Assembly (NCBI RefSeq): GCF_054482525.1
Contig: NZ_CM137006.1
Strand: one strand, 5' to 3'
Length of the DNA stretch: 64,000 nucleotides
This document shows positions 1 to 14,368 of the stretch, piece after piece. A model generated the notes under the pieces. The model did not search any database. It was not told the origin of the DNA and worked only from the letters and a program-made list of their open reading frames with translations. The position numbers and the translations under genes were made by a program. Position 1 is the stretch's first letter, and each line of letters begins with the position of its first letter.

Positions 1-25
1 CAAGACTTGCAGAGTAACTGATCGT

Positions 26-442
26 ATGACACGTCTTGCAGAGATCCTCGACCAGATGTCCGCTGTGCTTAACGATCTCAAAACGGTAATGGATCAAGAG
101 CAGCAACATCTCTCTATGGGGCAGATCAACGGCAGCCAGTTGCAATGGATTACAGAACAAAAAAGCTCACTGCTGGCGACGCTGGATTACCTCGAACAGT
201 TACGCAGGAAAGAACCCAATTCAGCAAATAGCGTTGATATTAGTCAACGCTGGCAGGATATTACTGTGAAAACGCAGCAACTACGCCAAATGAATCAACA
301 TAACGGCTGGTTACTGGAAGGACAGATTGAGCGCAATCAACAGGCGCTGGAAATGTTGAAACCGCATCAGGAACCGACGCTATATGGAGCGAACGGTCAG
401 ACCTCAACAACTCATCGCGGCAGTAAAAAGATTTCGATCTGA
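26..442 (+). CDS. flgN: flagellar export chaperone FlgN
   Basis: 138-aa ORF; translation recognised as FlgN (MTRLAEILDQMSAVLNDL...); full length. Confidence 0.9.
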   Translation: MTRLAEILDQMSAVLNDLKTVMDQEQQHLSMGQINGSQLQWITEQKSSLLATLDYLEQLRRKEPNSANSVDISQRWQDITVKTQQLRQMNQHNGWLLEGQIERNQQALEMLKPHQEPTLYGANGQTSTTHRGSKKISI

Positions 443-451
443 AGATTATCT

Positions 452-473
452 CCGGCCTGCACTGCAGGCCGGA
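452..473. terminator. GC-rich hairpin between convergent flgN and murJ (likely bidirectional terminator)
   Basis: inverted repeat ccggcctgca/tgcaggccgg seen directly between the two stop codons. Confidence 0.5.
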
Positions 474-481
474 ATACATTG

Positions 482-2104
<1,623 letters not shown>

Positions 2105-2126
2105 CTACCGCCAGATGTTACAGGGT

Positions 2127-3050
2127 TTATTCACTCATCGCATCGCGCCAGATCTTGTCAACGATACGTTGCGCCAGCACTGCCTGTTCGCCGGCGGTTT
2201 GCGGAACTGTCTGATTTTGCACACATTCAATGAAGTGCCGCGCACAGCCGACAAATCCACGTTGCTCAAGCGTACTCTGCCAACCAGGAATCGGTTTATG
2301 CACTACGCCCTGCCCGCGCTCCTCACGCCATTCGCGCATATCTGTAATGTCGATGAGCGCACCGTCAGTCACGGCCTGCACGGTTTCACGCTGACTTCCG
2401 GCACGGCGATGCATACAGGTGGTGATCTGCAAAGGACCGACCGAAAAATGGTGCTCGGCAAACAGCATTTCGCCAGCGTCATTAGTCAGTAGCGTACCGC
2501 CATCCAGAGAGGCTTTACCGCCCGACAACCACAGCGCGGTATCCACCACATGCAGATAATCATCCAGCAACGTGAAATAAAGATCGTGTGGCCCGACGCT
2601 ATTGCTACGATGTTTATCCATTCTTAGCGAGGCTGCGGTGGCGAGTTGCGTTTTTAACTCACCGTAGAGTGGTGCGAAACGACGGTTAAAACCGACCATC
2701 AACGTCAGTTTTTTCCGCGCCGCAAGTTCCACCAGCCGTTCAGCATCGCGCAGATTTTCTGCCAGCGGTTTATCGACACAGACATGTACCCCCGCATTGA
2801 GTAACGTACTGACCACGTCAAAGTGGCTGGCGGTGCTGGAATGCACAAAAACCGCATCGCAACTGGCGGCAAGGCTGGATAACGAATCGGCATAAGGAAT
2901 GCGCCAGCTGTCACAAATTGGCAAGGCTTTCGCGCGCGTAGGCGACCACGCACCTTGTAACGTCCAGTCAGACGCTGCCGCCAGCACCGGTAACCACGCC
3001 TTTTGCGCGATGCCGCCTAACCCCACTACGCCGATACGTAATTTTTTCAC
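2127..3050 (-). CDS. yceM: putative NAD-binding oxidoreductase YceM (MviM)
   Basis: ORF 2127..3083; GTG start (VKKLRIGVVGLGGIAQ...) with GGAG 6-8 nt upstream gives 307 aa; Gfo/Idh/MocA-type N-terminus. Confidence 0.8.
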   Translation of the reverse strand: MKKLRIGVVGLGGIAQKAWLPVLAAASDWTLQGAWSPTRAKALPICDSWRIPYADSLSSLAASCDAVFVHSSTASHFDVVSTLLNAGVHVCVDKPLAENLRDAERLVELAARKKLTLMVGFNRRFAPLYGELKTQLATAASLRMDKHRSNSVGPHDLYFTLLDDYLHVVDTALWLSGGKASLDGGTLLTNDAGEMLFAEHHFSVGPLQITTCMHRRAGSQRETVQAVTDGALIDITDMREWREERGQGVVHKPIPGWQSTLEQRGFVGCARHFIECVQNQTVPQTAGEQAVLAQRIVDKIWRDAMSE

Positions 3051-3051
3051 T

Positions 3052-4294
<1,243 letters not shown>

Positions 4295-4529
4295 TCTATA
4301 CCTACTCCTTCCCGTAACGTCTTTAATACGCTGTAAGTATTACTATACCTGCGCAACCAGACCCTGTGAAAAGTCCAGAATGCCATTTTCTGCATTATTC
4401 ACATATTTGATAAAAACTCTCTATCAAAGCGACGTTTTGATAAAAAAATATTGTCCCCGAAGTGATGGGAAAAGTCTTAGCGGCAATGCAGAATAGAAAG
4501 TGCTCATCTTTTATTTCCCGGGAGGGGAA

Positions 4530-5738
4530 ATGTCCCGCGTGTCGCAGGCCAGGAACCTGGGTAAATATTTCCTGCTCATCGATAATATGCTGGTCGTGCT
4601 GGGGTTCTTTGTTGTCTTCCCGCTGATCTCTATCCGCTTCGTTGATCAAATGGGCTGGGCCGCCGTCATGGTCGGTATTGCCCTCGGCCTACGCCAGTTT
4701 ATTCAGCAAGGTCTAGGTATTTTCGGCGGAGCAATTGCCGACCGCTTTGGTGCCAAACCGATGATTGTTACCGGTATGCTGATGCGTGCCGCCGGATTCG
4801 CCACAATGGGTATCGCCCACGAACCGTGGCTACTGTGGTTTTCATGCCTGCTTTCGGGACTCGGCGGCACGTTGTTTGATCCTCCGCGTTCGGCGCTGGT
4901 GGTGAAATTAATCCGTCCACAGCAGCGTGGTCGTTTTTTCTCGCTGTTGATGATGCAGGACAGTGCCGGTGCGGTCATTGGCGCATTGTTGGGGAGCTGG
5001 CTGTTGCAATACGACTTTCGCCTGGTCTGCGCCACAGGGGCAGTTTTGTTTGTGCTGTGTGCAGCGTTCAATGCGTGGTTGTTACCGGCATGGAAACTCT
5101 CCACTGTACGCACGCCCGTTCGCGAAGGCATGACCCGCGTGATGCGTGACAAGCGTTTTGTCACCTATGTCCTGACGCTGGCGGGTTACTACATGCTGGC
5201 TGTACAAGTGATGCTGATGCTGCCAATTATGGTCAACGACGTGGCGGGCGCGCCCTCTGCCGTTAAATGGATGTATGCCATTGAAGCGTGTCTGTCGTTA
5301 ACGTTGCTCTATCCTATCGCCCGCTGGAGTGAAAAGCATTTTCGTCTGGAACACCGGTTGATGGCTGGGCTGTTGATAATGTCATTAAGCATGATGCCGG
5401 TGGGCATGGTCAGCGGCCTGCAACAACTTTTCACCCTGATTTGTCTGTTTTATATCGGGTCGATCATTGCCGAGCCTGCGCGTGAAACCTTAAGTGCTTC
5501 GCTGGCGGACGCAAGAGCTCGCGGCAGTTATATGGGGTTTAGCCGTCTGGGTCTGGCGATTGGCGGCGCTATTGGTTATATCGGTGGCGGCTGGCTGTTT
5601 GACCTGGGCAAATCGGCGCACCAGCCAGAGCTTCCGTGGATGATGCTGGGCATTATTGGCATCTTCACTTTCCTTGCGCTGGGTTGGCAGTTTAGCCAGA
5701 AACGCGCCGCGCGTCGTTTGCTGGAACGCGACGCCTGA
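4530..5738 (+). CDS. mdtH: MFS multidrug efflux transporter MdtH
   Basis: ORF 4500..5738; start at [14 protein letters not shown] gives 402 aa; 12-TM MFS pattern. Confidence 0.9.
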
Positions 5739-5801
5739 TTTGATACTCCCCCCTGACTCCTCCATACTGAAAGTGAACTGACAGCCAAATGGAGGAGTCA
5801 C

Positions 5802-6449
5802 GTGAAGCTATACATTTACGATCACTGCCCTTACTGCCTCAAAGCCCGCATGATTTTCGGCCTGAAAAATATCCCCGTCGAATTACATGTTCTGCTCAAC
5901 GACGACGCAGAAACACCCACCCGGATGGTCGGTCAAAAACAGGTTCCCATTCTGCAAAAAGAAGACAGCCGCTATATGCCAGAAAGCATGGACATCGTTC
6001 ACTACGTCGATAAACTCGACGGCAAACCGTTACTGACCGGCAAACGTTCCCCTGCCATTGAAGAGTGGTTGCGCAAGGTCAATGGCTACGCCAACAAACT
6101 GCTGTTGCCGCGTTTTGCCAAATCGGCATTTGATGAGTTTTCTACTCCCGCCGCGCGCAAATATTTCGTCGACAAGAAAGAGGCCAGCGCGGGTAATTTT
6201 GCCGACCTGCTGGCCCACTCTGACGGTCTGATTAAGAATATCAGCGATGATTTACGTGCACTGGACAAACTGATCGTCAAACCGAACGCCGTGAATGGCG
6301 AACTTTCGGAAGATGATATTCAGCTTTTTCCGCTACTGCGTAATCTGACGCTGGTAGCCGGAATCAACTGGCCAAGCCGCGTTGCTGATTACCGCGATAA
6401 TATGGCGAAACAGACACAAATCAATTTGTTATCATCAATGGCGATTTAA
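5802..6449 (+). CDS. grxB: glutaredoxin 2
   Basis: 215-aa ORF with CPYC active site near N-terminus (MKLYIYDHCPYCLKARM...). Confidence 0.9.
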   Translation: MKLYIYDHCPYCLKARMIFGLKNIPVELHVLLNDDAETPTRMVGQKQVPILQKEDSRYMPESMDIVHYVDKLDGKPLLTGKRSPAIEEWLRKVNGYANKLLLPRFAKSAFDEFSTPAARKYFVDKKEASAGNFADLLAHSDGLIKNISDDLRALDKLIVKPNAVNGELSEDDIQLFPLLRNLTLVAGINWPSRVADYRDNMAKQTQINLLSSMAI

Positions 6450-6582
6450 TCCTGACCCGCCGCGGCAGCCTGTATTCGCGGGTTGCCGCCGTTTTCAGTT
6501 TTTTCTGCTGGCGCGTTTATCGCTGGTGACACATGCTGCGTTGTGTCAGGATATTGACGCAGATTTCATGTCGAGGACTACC

Positions 6583-7143
6583 ATGAACAAGTTTTTATTT
6601 GCCGCTGCATTGATCGTCAGTGGCCTGCTCGTTGGCTGTAATCAACTCACCCAATACACCATCACCGAACAAGAAATTAACCAGTCGCTTGCGAAACATA
6701 ATAATTTCTCAAAAGATATCGGTTTACCCGGCGTGGCTGACGCCCATATTGTTCTGACAAACCTGACCAGCCAAATTGGTCGCGAAGAGCCGAATAAGGT
6801 TACCCTAACCGGAGACGCCAATCTGGACATGAACTCCCTGTTCGGTAGCCAGAAAGCGACCATGAAACTGAAGCTGAAAGCGCTGCCCGTGTTTGATAAA
6901 GAAAAAGGTGCGATCTTCCTGAAAGAGATGGAAGTGGTCGGTGCGACGGTACAACCGGAAAAAATGCAAACGGTGATGCAAACGTTGCTCCCCTATTTGA
7001 ACCAGGCATTACGCAATTACTTTAACCAGCAACCAGCTTACGTCCTGCGCGAAGATGGCAGCCAGGGCGAAGCAATGGCGAAGAAACTGGCGAAAGGCAT
7101 TGAAGTGAAGCCAGGCGAAATTGTCATTCCGTTTACTGATTAA
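6583..7143 (+). CDS. yceB: lipoprotein YceB
   Basis: start at MNKFLFAAALIVSGLLVGC (lipobox LVGC) inside ORF 6382..7143; 186 aa. Confidence 0.85.
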   Translation: MNKFLFAAALIVSGLLVGCNQLTQYTITEQEINQSLAKHNNFSKDIGLPGVADAHIVLTNLTSQIGREEPNKVTLTGDANLDMNSLFGSQKATMKLKLKALPVFDKEKGAIFLKEMEVVGATVQPEKMQTVMQTLLPYLNQALRNYFNQQPAYVLREDGSQGEAMAKKLAKGIEVKPGEIVIPFTD

Positions 7144-7148
7144 TCACG

Positions 7149-7175
7149 AGGGCGCATTCGCGCCCTTTATTTTTC
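7149..7175 (+). terminator. rho-independent terminator after yceB
   Basis: hairpin gagggcgc-attc-gcgccct followed by T-run. Confidence 0.6.
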
Positions 7176-7248
7176 GTGCAAAGGAAAACGTTTCCGCTTA
7201 TCCTTTGTGTCCGGCAAAAACATCCCTTCAGCCGGAGCATAGAGATTA

Positions 7249-8295
7249 ATGACTGCACCATCCCAGGTATTAAAGATCCGCCGCCCAGACGACTGGCACC
7301 TTCACCTCCGCGATGGCGACATGTTAAAAACTGTCGTGCCGTATACCAGCGAAATTTATGGACGGGCTATCGTAATGCCCAATCTGGCTCCGCCCGTGAC
7401 CAGCGTTGGGGCCGCCGTGGCGTATCGCCAGCGTATTCTTGACGCCGTACCTGCCGGGCACGATTTCACCCCGCTGATGACCTGTTATTTGACAGATTCA
7501 CTAGACCCTAATGAGCTAGAGCGCGGATTTAACGAAGGCGTGTTCACCGCTGCAAAACTTTACCCGGCAAACGCAACTACTAACTCAAGTCACGGCGTGA
7601 CGTCAGTTGACGCAATCATGCCGGTACTTGAGCGCATGGAAAAAATCGGTATGCCGTTACTGGTGCATGGTGAAGTGACACATGCAGATATCGACATTTT
7701 TGATCGTGAAGCACGCTTTATAGAAAGCGTGATGGAACCGCTGCGCCAGCGCCTGACTGCGCTGAAAGTCGTTTTTGAGCACATCACCACCAAAGATGCT
7801 GCCGACTATGTCCGTAACGGAAATGAACGGCTGGCTGCCACCATCACTCCGCAGCATCTGATGTTTAACCGCAACCATATGCTGGTTGGTGGCGTGCGTC
7901 CACATCTGTATTGTCTACCCATCCTCAAACGCAATATTCACCAACAGGCATTGCGTGAACTGGTCGCCAGCGGTTTTAATCGCGTATTCCTCGGTACGGA
8001 TTCTGCGCCGCATGCACGTCATCGCAAAGAGAGCAGCTGCGGCTGCGCGGGCTGCTTCAACGCCCCAACCGCGCTGGGCAGTTACGCTACCGTCTTTGAA
8101 GAGATGAATGCTCTGCAGCACTTTGAAGCATTCTGTTCTGTAAACGGCCCGCAGTTCTATGGCTTGCCGGTCAACGACACATTCATCGAACTGGTCCGCG
8201 AAGAACAACAGGTTGCTGCAAGCATCGCACTGACTGATGACACACTGGTGCCATTCCTCGCCGGGGAAACGGTACGCTGGTCCGTTAAACAATAA
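7249..8295 (+). CDS. pyrC: dihydroorotase
   Basis: 348-aa ORF recognised as PyrC ([26 protein letters not shown]...). Confidence 0.95.
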   Translation: MTAPSQVLKIRRPDDWHLHLRDGDMLKTVVPYTSEIYGRAIVMPNLAPPVTSVGAAVAYRQRILDAVPAGHDFTPLMTCYLTDSLDPNELERGFNEGVFTAAKLYPANATTNSSHGVTSVDAIMPVLERMEKIGMPLLVHGEVTHADIDIFDREARFIESVMEPLRQRLTALKVVFEHITTKDAADYVRNGNERLAATITPQHLMFNRNHMLVGGVRPHLYCLPILKRNIHQQALRELVASGFNRVFLGTDSAPHARHRKESSCGCAGCFNAPTALGSYATVFEEMNALQHFEAFCSVNGPQFYGLPVNDTFIELVREEQQVAASIALTDDTLVPFLAGETVRWSVKQ

Positions 8296-8329
8296 AAATC
8301 GTAGCTTCCTGTTGTCATTAGGTTATTTT

Positions 8330-8349
8330 ACCTGTATAAATAACCAGTA
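8330..8349. promoter_or_regulatory. LexA (SOS) box upstream of dinI
   Basis: acCTGTataaataacCAGta matches the CTGT-N8-ACAG LexA consensus, about 20 nt upstream of the dinI ATG. Confidence 0.75.
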
Positions 8350-8368
8350 TATTCAACAGGGGGCTATT

Positions 8369-8614
8369 ATGCGAATTGAAGTCACCATAGCGAAAACTTC
8401 TCCATTGCCAGCTGGGGCTATTGACGCCCTGGCTGGCGAACTTTCCCGCCGTATTCAGTATGCGTTTCCTGATAATGAAGGCCACGTATCGGTACGTTAT
8501 GCCGCAGCGAATAATTTATCGGTTATTGGCGCAACAAAAGAAGATAAACAGCGCATTAGCGAAATTCTCCAGGAAACGTGGGAAAGCGCCGATGACTGGT
8601 TTGTCAGCGAATAA
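8369..8614 (+). CDS. dinI: DNA damage-inducible protein I
   Basis: 81-aa product MRIEVTIAKTSPLPAGAIDALAGEL... inside ORF 8237..8614; LexA box upstream. Confidence 0.9.
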   Translation: MRIEVTIAKTSPLPAGAIDALAGELSRRIQYAFPDNEGHVSVRYAAANNLSVIGATKEDKQRISEILQETWESADDWFVSE

Positions 8615-8635
8615 TATGCAGTGATTTTTGTTTTT

Positions 8636-8662
8636 GCCGGGTCGCCCCGGCTTTTTTATTTT
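8636..8662 (+). terminator. rho-independent terminator after dinI
   Basis: hairpin gccggg-tcg-ccccggc followed by ttttttatttt. Confidence 0.65.
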
Positions 8663-8903
8663 ACTTACAAATTTTGAGTACAAAATTTCTACACTTCCTC
8701 AAAATAATTGCACAATATGCTAAAAAAATATGAATGACATGCTGTTTTATTGTTCATATAAATCTTAAAAGCAAAAATTTATCTGTTCCCCCCTTTAAAA
8801 ATTCGGTGAATACCCTTACTTATTGGTATACTGAAGTTGCTTCAGATAAAAACGCATTGAACCTCGAATAACGTTGTCTAGTAACACGAATTAGGGGGCC
8901 ATG

Positions 8904-9158
8904 ATGGAAAAAAATAATGAAGTCATTCAGACTCATCCGCTCGTAGGGTGGGACATCAGCACCGTTGATAGTTATGATGCGCTGATGTTGCGTTTGCACT
9001 ACCAGACCCCAAATAAGTCCGAGCAGGAAGGGACTGAAGTTGGTCAGACGCTCTGGTTAACCACTGATGTTGCCAGACAATTTATTTCGATATTAGAAGC
9101 AGGAATCGCCAAAATTGAATCCGGTGATTTCCCGGTAAACGAGTATCGGCGTCATTAA
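8904..9158 (+). CDS. bssS: biofilm regulator BssS
   Basis: 84-aa product MEKNNEVIQTHPLVGWD... (ORF 8901..9158 has a tandem Met start). Confidence 0.85.
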   Translation: MEKNNEVIQTHPLVGWDISTVDSYDALMLRLHYQTPNKSEQEGTEVGQTLWLTTDVARQFISILEAGIAKIESGDFPVNEYRRH

Positions 9159-9272
9159 CATGACATGACCATCCACCCAAAAGGCACCTCACCGGTGCCT
9201 TTACCATTTCTGGGTTGTATATCTGCATTCAGTTAATTACTCTGCTTAAACCATGAGAGCAGAGAGAAAAAA

Positions 9273-10391
9273 ATGAAATACGATCTCATCATTATTGGCA
9301 GCGGTTCCGTAGGCGCTGCCGCCGGGTATTATGCAACCCGTGCCGGTTTAAACGTGCTAATGACCGACGCCCATATGCCACCACATCAACACGGCAGCCA
9401 CCACGGCGATACGCGATTAATTCGCCATGCTTATGGTGAAGGCGAAAAGTATGTCCCGCTGGTTCTTCGCGCGCAAACGCTGTGGGATGAACTCTCCCGC
9501 CACAACGAAGAAGATCCCATTTTTGTACGCTCTGGCGTCATTAACCTTGGCCCGGCTGATTCCACATTTCTCGCCAACGTCGCCCACAGCGCCGAACAAT
9601 GGCAACTCAACGTTGAAAAGCTCGATGCGCAAGGGATTATGGCCCGCTGGCCGGAAATACGCGTCCCGGACAACTACATCGGCTTATTTGAGACTGATTC
9701 CGGTTTTTTGCGCAGCGAACTGGCGATTAAAACCTGGATCCAACTGGCGAAGGAAGCGGGCTGTGCGCAGCTGTTCAACTGCCCGGTCACCGCAATTCGT
9801 CATGACGATGATGGCGTAACTATTGAAACGGCTGACGGTGAGTATCAGGCGAAAAAAGCGATTGTCTGCGCGGGAACATGGGTAAAAGACCTGCTCCCGG
9901 AGTTGCCTGTCCAGCCCGTACGCAAAGTATTTGCCTGGTATCAGGCCGATGGGCGCTATAGCGTGAAGAATAAATTCCCGGCGTTTACCGGTGAACTGCC
10001 CAATGGCGATCAATATTATGGTTTTCCGGCAGAAAACGACGCGTTGAAGATTGGCAAACATAACGGAGGCCAGATTATCCATTCAGCGGATGAACGTGTT
10101 CCGTTTGCGGAAGTGGTCAGCGATGGTTCGGAAGCCTTCCCGTTCTTGCGCAATGTCTTGCCGGGTATCGGTTGCTGCCTGTACGGCGCTGCCTGCACCT
10201 ATGATAATTCGCCTGACGAAGATTTTATTATCGATACTCTACCCGGCCACGATAATACACTGCTCATTACCGGCCTGAGCGGGCACGGTTTTAAATTTGC
10301 GTCAGTTTTAGGGGAAATAGCTGCCGATTTTGCGCAAGACAAAAAAAGCGATTTTGATTTGACGCCATTCAGGCTTTCCCGCTTCCAATAA
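9273..10391 (+). CDS. solA: N-methyl-L-tryptophan oxidase
   Basis: 372-aa ORF with FAD-binding GxGxxG N-terminus ([20 protein letters not shown]...). Confidence 0.9.
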
Positions 10392-10411
10392 TCATCATTA
10401 CGGCCTCCAGA

Positions 10412-10552
10412 ATGAGGCCGTTTTTACAGGAGTATTTAATGCGTCGGCTGTTGCACTATCTCATCAATAATATTCGCGAGCATCTGATGCTTTATCTTTT
10501 TCTCTGGGGATTGTTGGCAATTATGGATCTGATCTATGTGTTTTATTTTTAG
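10412..10552 (+). CDS. yceO: small membrane protein YceO (46 aa)
   Basis: ATG at 10412 to TAG at 10550 gives [46 protein letters not shown]; below the ORF-track size cut-off, read by hand. Confidence 0.55.
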
Positions 10553-10812
10553 TTTTCCGCACTGACATAAACTGACAAATATTTAATCTCCCTTTCATTT
10601 AGCGTGAAAAATTGAATGAGATTATTCCTGCTTCTACAGTACTCACCAGACATCTCTGATGCTGAACCCACTAAACTTATGAAGATTCTTTCATTATTAA
10701 TTCAAAATTATTGAAATAAAAATAAATATCATTCAATTTGTTTTTTTTGTGTTGCAATTCACTCTCCGACACGCCATTTTCTTTCTCTCGCAAATTCGTT
10801 TTGGATGCACTT

Positions 10813-11379
10813 ATGTCATTCACAAATACCCCTGAACGCTATGGTGTTATATCTGCGGCCTTCCATTGGCTAAGCGCAATTATTGTCTACGGCATGTTTG
10901 CTTTAGGTCTGTGGATGGTCACGCTCAGTTATTACGATGGCTGGTATCACAAAGCACCCGAACTGCATAAAAGCATCGGTATTTTGTTAATGATGGGGCT
11001 GGTTATTCGCGTTCTGTGGCGCGTCATATCTCCACCGCCGGGTCCGCTGCAGAGTTATTCGCCCATGACTCGTCTTGGCGCAAAGGCTGGACATCTCGCA
11101 TTGTACTTATTGCTGTTCGCCATCGGCATCAGCGGCTATCTGATCTCAACTGCCGATGGTAAACCGATCAGCGTTTTTGGCTGGTTTGACGTCCCCGCGA
11201 CCCTCGCCGACGCTGGCGCACAGGCTGACTTTGCCGGTGCCCTGCATTTTTGGCTCGCGTGGAGCGTCGTAGTACTGTCCGTTATGCACGGATTTATGGC
11301 CCTGAAGCATCATTTCATCGATAAAGACGACACTCTGAAGCGCATGCTGGGAAAGTCGTCATCTGACTATGGAGTATAA
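10813..11379 (+). CDS. yceJ: cytochrome b561-family membrane protein YceJ
   Basis: start at MSFTNTPERYGVISAAFHW inside ORF 10738..11379; 188 aa. Confidence 0.85.
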   Translation: MSFTNTPERYGVISAAFHWLSAIIVYGMFALGLWMVTLSYYDGWYHKAPELHKSIGILLMMGLVIRVLWRVISPPPGPLQSYSPMTRLGAKAGHLALYLLLFAIGISGYLISTADGKPISVFGWFDVPATLADAGAQADFAGALHFWLAWSVVVLSVMHGFMALKHHFIDKDDTLKRMLGKSSSDYGV

Positions 11380-11382
11380 AAA

Positions 11383-11958
11383 ATGAAAAAAAGCCTGCTT
11401 GGTTTAACCTTCGCTTCCCTGATGTTCTCTGCCGGTTCAGCGGTTGCCGCCGATTACAAAATTGACAAAGAAGGTCAGCACGCCTTTGTTAACTTCCGCA
11501 TACAGCACCTTGGCTATAGCTGGTTATACGGCACCTTTAAAGATTTCGACGGTACTTTTACCTTTGATGAAAAAAATCCAGCTGCCGATAAAGTGAATGT
11601 GACAATTAACACCACCAGCGTCGATACTAACCACGCCGAACGCGATAAACATCTTCGCAGTGCGGATTTTCTCAATACCGCAAAATATCCACAGGCAACA
11701 TTCACCTCCACCAGCGTGAAGAAAGACGGTGACGACCTGGATATTACCGGCGATCTGACGCTGAATGGCGTAACCAAACCCGTCACGCTGGAAGCGAAAT
11801 TAATTGGTCAGGGCGACGACCCGTGGGGCGGTAAACGTGCAGGCTTCGATGCCGAAGGCAAAATTAAGCTCAAGGACTTCAATATCAAAACAGATTTAGG
11901 TCCAGCTTCTCAGGAAGTGGATCTGATTATTTCAGTGGAAGGCGTACAGCAGAAGTAA
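11383..11958 (+). CDS. yceI: periplasmic polyisoprenoid-binding protein YceI
   Basis: 191-aa ORF with signal peptide; recognised as YceI. Confidence 0.85.
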   Translation: MKKSLLGLTFASLMFSAGSAVAADYKIDKEGQHAFVNFRIQHLGYSWLYGTFKDFDGTFTFDEKNPAADKVNVTINTTSVDTNHAERDKHLRSADFLNTAKYPQATFTSTSVKKDGDDLDITGDLTLNGVTKPVTLEAKLIGQGDDPWGGKRAGFDAEGKIKLKDFNIKTDLGPASQEVDLIISVEGVQQK

Positions 11959-11999
11959 GCGTGAAATGTTGCCGGATGGCACGCATCCGGCAATGATAT

Positions 12000-13052
12000 T
12001 TATTCTGTTGGATCAGGAATGCCCAGTGTTGTATTCAGACGTCCACGAGACTTATTAAAGATCTTATTGCCATTTTCACGTCCTGCCCGACGGCGTCGCT
12101 GTTCTTCAGGCGGTAACGCGCTTTCTTCGCAGCAAATCTCACTACAACAACCTTTGTATTTTTCCGCACATACTGGACACTGAATAAAAAGCAGGTGGCA
12201 GCCATCATTTTTACAGTTGGTATGGCTGTCGCACGGCGCACCGCACTGGTGGCAATGCGCGATAATCTCATCAGAGATACGTTCGCCCATCCGCTCGTCA
12301 AAAACAAAATTTTTGCCAATAAAACGCACCGGCAAGCCCTGCTCGCGCGCCTTACGGGCGTATTCAATAATTCCGCCCTCGATATGCCAGACTTTGTTGA
12401 ATCCGTTATGTTTCATCCAGGCACTGGCTTTTTCACAACGAATGCCGCCGGTGCAGTACATGACGATTTTTTTATCTTTATGTGCCTGCATCATCTCGAC
12501 TGCTTTTGGCAGCTGCTCACGGAAGGTATCTGCCGGAATTTCCAGCGCGTTTTCAAAGTGCCCCACTTCATACTCATAGTGGTTACGCATGTCGATAAAC
12601 AATGCATCGGGATCGTCAAGCATGGCGTTCACTTCCGCCGCTTGCAGATACTCACCCACATTGCTGGCATCAAAGTGAGGATCGTCAATACCGTCGGCAA
12701 CGATACGATCGCGGACCTTCATGCGCAGTACCCAGAAGGATTTCCCGTCATCATCCAACGCGATATTCAGGCGTAAGCCCTCTAAAGCCGGGTCGAAGGC
12801 ATAAAGCTGCGCGCGAAATGTTTCAACATTGCTCGCAGGTACGCTGATTTGCGCGTTAATGCCCTCATGCGCCAGATACACTCGCCCAAAAACATCCAGC
12901 GCGGTAAACAGCTGATATAAAGCGTCACGGGTCGCCTTAGGATCGGCGATGTGGAAATACTTATAAAACGAAATGGTGGTTCGCGGTTCGCTCTCAGCCA
13001 ACATTTTGGCTTTTAACGCGTCGTTGGAAATGCGGTTGTGTAACACTGGCAT
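12000..13052 (-). CDS. trhO: tRNA uridine(34) hydroxylase (rhodanese-domain; YceA)
   Basis: ORF 12000..13106; start at [16 protein letters not shown] gives 350 aa; C-terminal Cys-rich tail. Confidence 0.85.
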   Translation of the reverse strand: MPVLHNRISNDALKAKMLAESEPRTTISFYKYFHIADPKATRDALYQLFTALDVFGRVYLAHEGINAQISVPASNVETFRAQLYAFDPALEGLRLNIALDDDGKSFWVLRMKVRDRIVADGIDDPHFDASNVGEYLQAAEVNAMLDDPDALFIDMRNHYEYEVGHFENALEIPADTFREQLPKAVEMMQAHKDKKIVMYCTGGIRCEKASAWMKHNGFNKVWHIEGGIIEYARKAREQGLPVRFIGKNFVFDERMGERISDEIIAHCHQCGAPCDSHTNCKNDGCHLLFIQCPVCAEKYKGCCSEICCEESALPPEEQRRRRAGRENGNKIFNKSRGRLNTTLGIPDPTE

Positions 13053-13276
13053 GGTGTACGGTTCCTGCGAGATGGGAAAGTAAAAATCCGCGGCATGATA
13101 TAGCAATTATCGATAATTAACATCCACACATTTTACGCTACATTTGCGCATTAAAAATTATTTGTTATTTACAAGCGCGGCAATTTCGCCCAGTCTTCAG
13201 TCACAAATTTTGGTTGCGGGCGAAAAAATGCGACAATACATACAATTGCCCGTATAGGTTGAAAAACAGGATTGAT

Positions 13277-14197
13277 ATGACGAATCTACCCAAGTTCTCC
13301 ACCGCACTGCTTCATCCGCGTTATTGGTTAACCTGGTTGGGTATTGGCGTACTTTGGTTAGTCGTGCAATTGCCCTACCCGGTTATCTACCGCCTCGGTT
13401 GTGGATTAGGAAAACTTGCGTTACGTTTTATGAAACGACGCGCAAAAATTGTGCATCGCAACCTGGAACTGTGCTTCCCGGAAATGAGCGAACAAGAACG
13501 CCGTAAAATGGTGGTGAAGAATTTCGAATCCGTTGGCATGGGACTGATGGAAACTGGCATGGCGTGGTTCTGGCCGGACCGCAGAATCGCCCGCTGGACG
13601 GAAGTGATCGGCATGGAACACATTCGTGACGTGCAGGCGCAAAAACGCGGCATCCTGTTAGTTGGCATCCATTTTCTGACCCTGGAGCTGGGTGCGCGGC
13701 AGTTTGGTATGCAGGAGCCGGGCATTGGCGTTTACCGCCCGAACGATAATCCACTGATTGACTGGCTACAAACCTGGGGCCGTTTGCGCTCAAATAAATC
13801 GATGCTCGACCGCAAAGATTTAAAAGGCATGATTAAAGCCCTGAAAAAAGGCGAAGTGGTCTGGTACGCACCGGATCATGATTACGGCCCGCGCTCAAGC
13901 GTTTTCGTCCCGTTGTTTGCCGTTGAGCAGGCTGCGACCACAACCGGAACCTGGATGCTGGCACGGATGTCCGGCGCATGTCTGGTGCCCTTCGTTCCAC
14001 GCCGTAAGCCAGATGGCAAAGGGTATCAGTTGATTATGCTGCCGCCAGAGTGTTCTCCGCCGCTGGATGATGCCGAAACCACCGCCGCGTGGATGAACAA
14101 AGTGGTCGAAAAATGCATCATGATGGCACCAGAGCAGTATATGTGGTTACACCGTCGCTTTAAAACACGTCCAGAAGGCGTTCCTTCACGCTATTAA
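13277..14197 (+). CDS. lpxL: lipid A biosynthesis lauroyltransferase
   Basis: start at [17 protein letters not shown] inside ORF 13214..14197; 306 aa. Confidence 0.9.
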
Positions 14198-14368
14198 ATC
14201 TCCCAAGCCGGATGCTTGAGAATGGCATCCGGCATTCCCACAGCAAATCCCCCTGATTTAGCGATAAAAGCTCTCTGGATTGCGCCCCCTGGAAGTCGGG
14301 CGCATAATTAGTGTGCTTATCTTTTCTTCTTATGTTCACCGCGCCTGGCGCACCAACAGCGGATTGCT

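Noticed and set aside
6382-6582. Upstream extension of the yceB ORF (253-aa version overlapping the grxB 3' end)
   Set aside because: The extension overlaps grxB and lacks a signal peptide. The internal start at 6583 yields a lipoprotein signal with lipobox and the expected 186-aa length.
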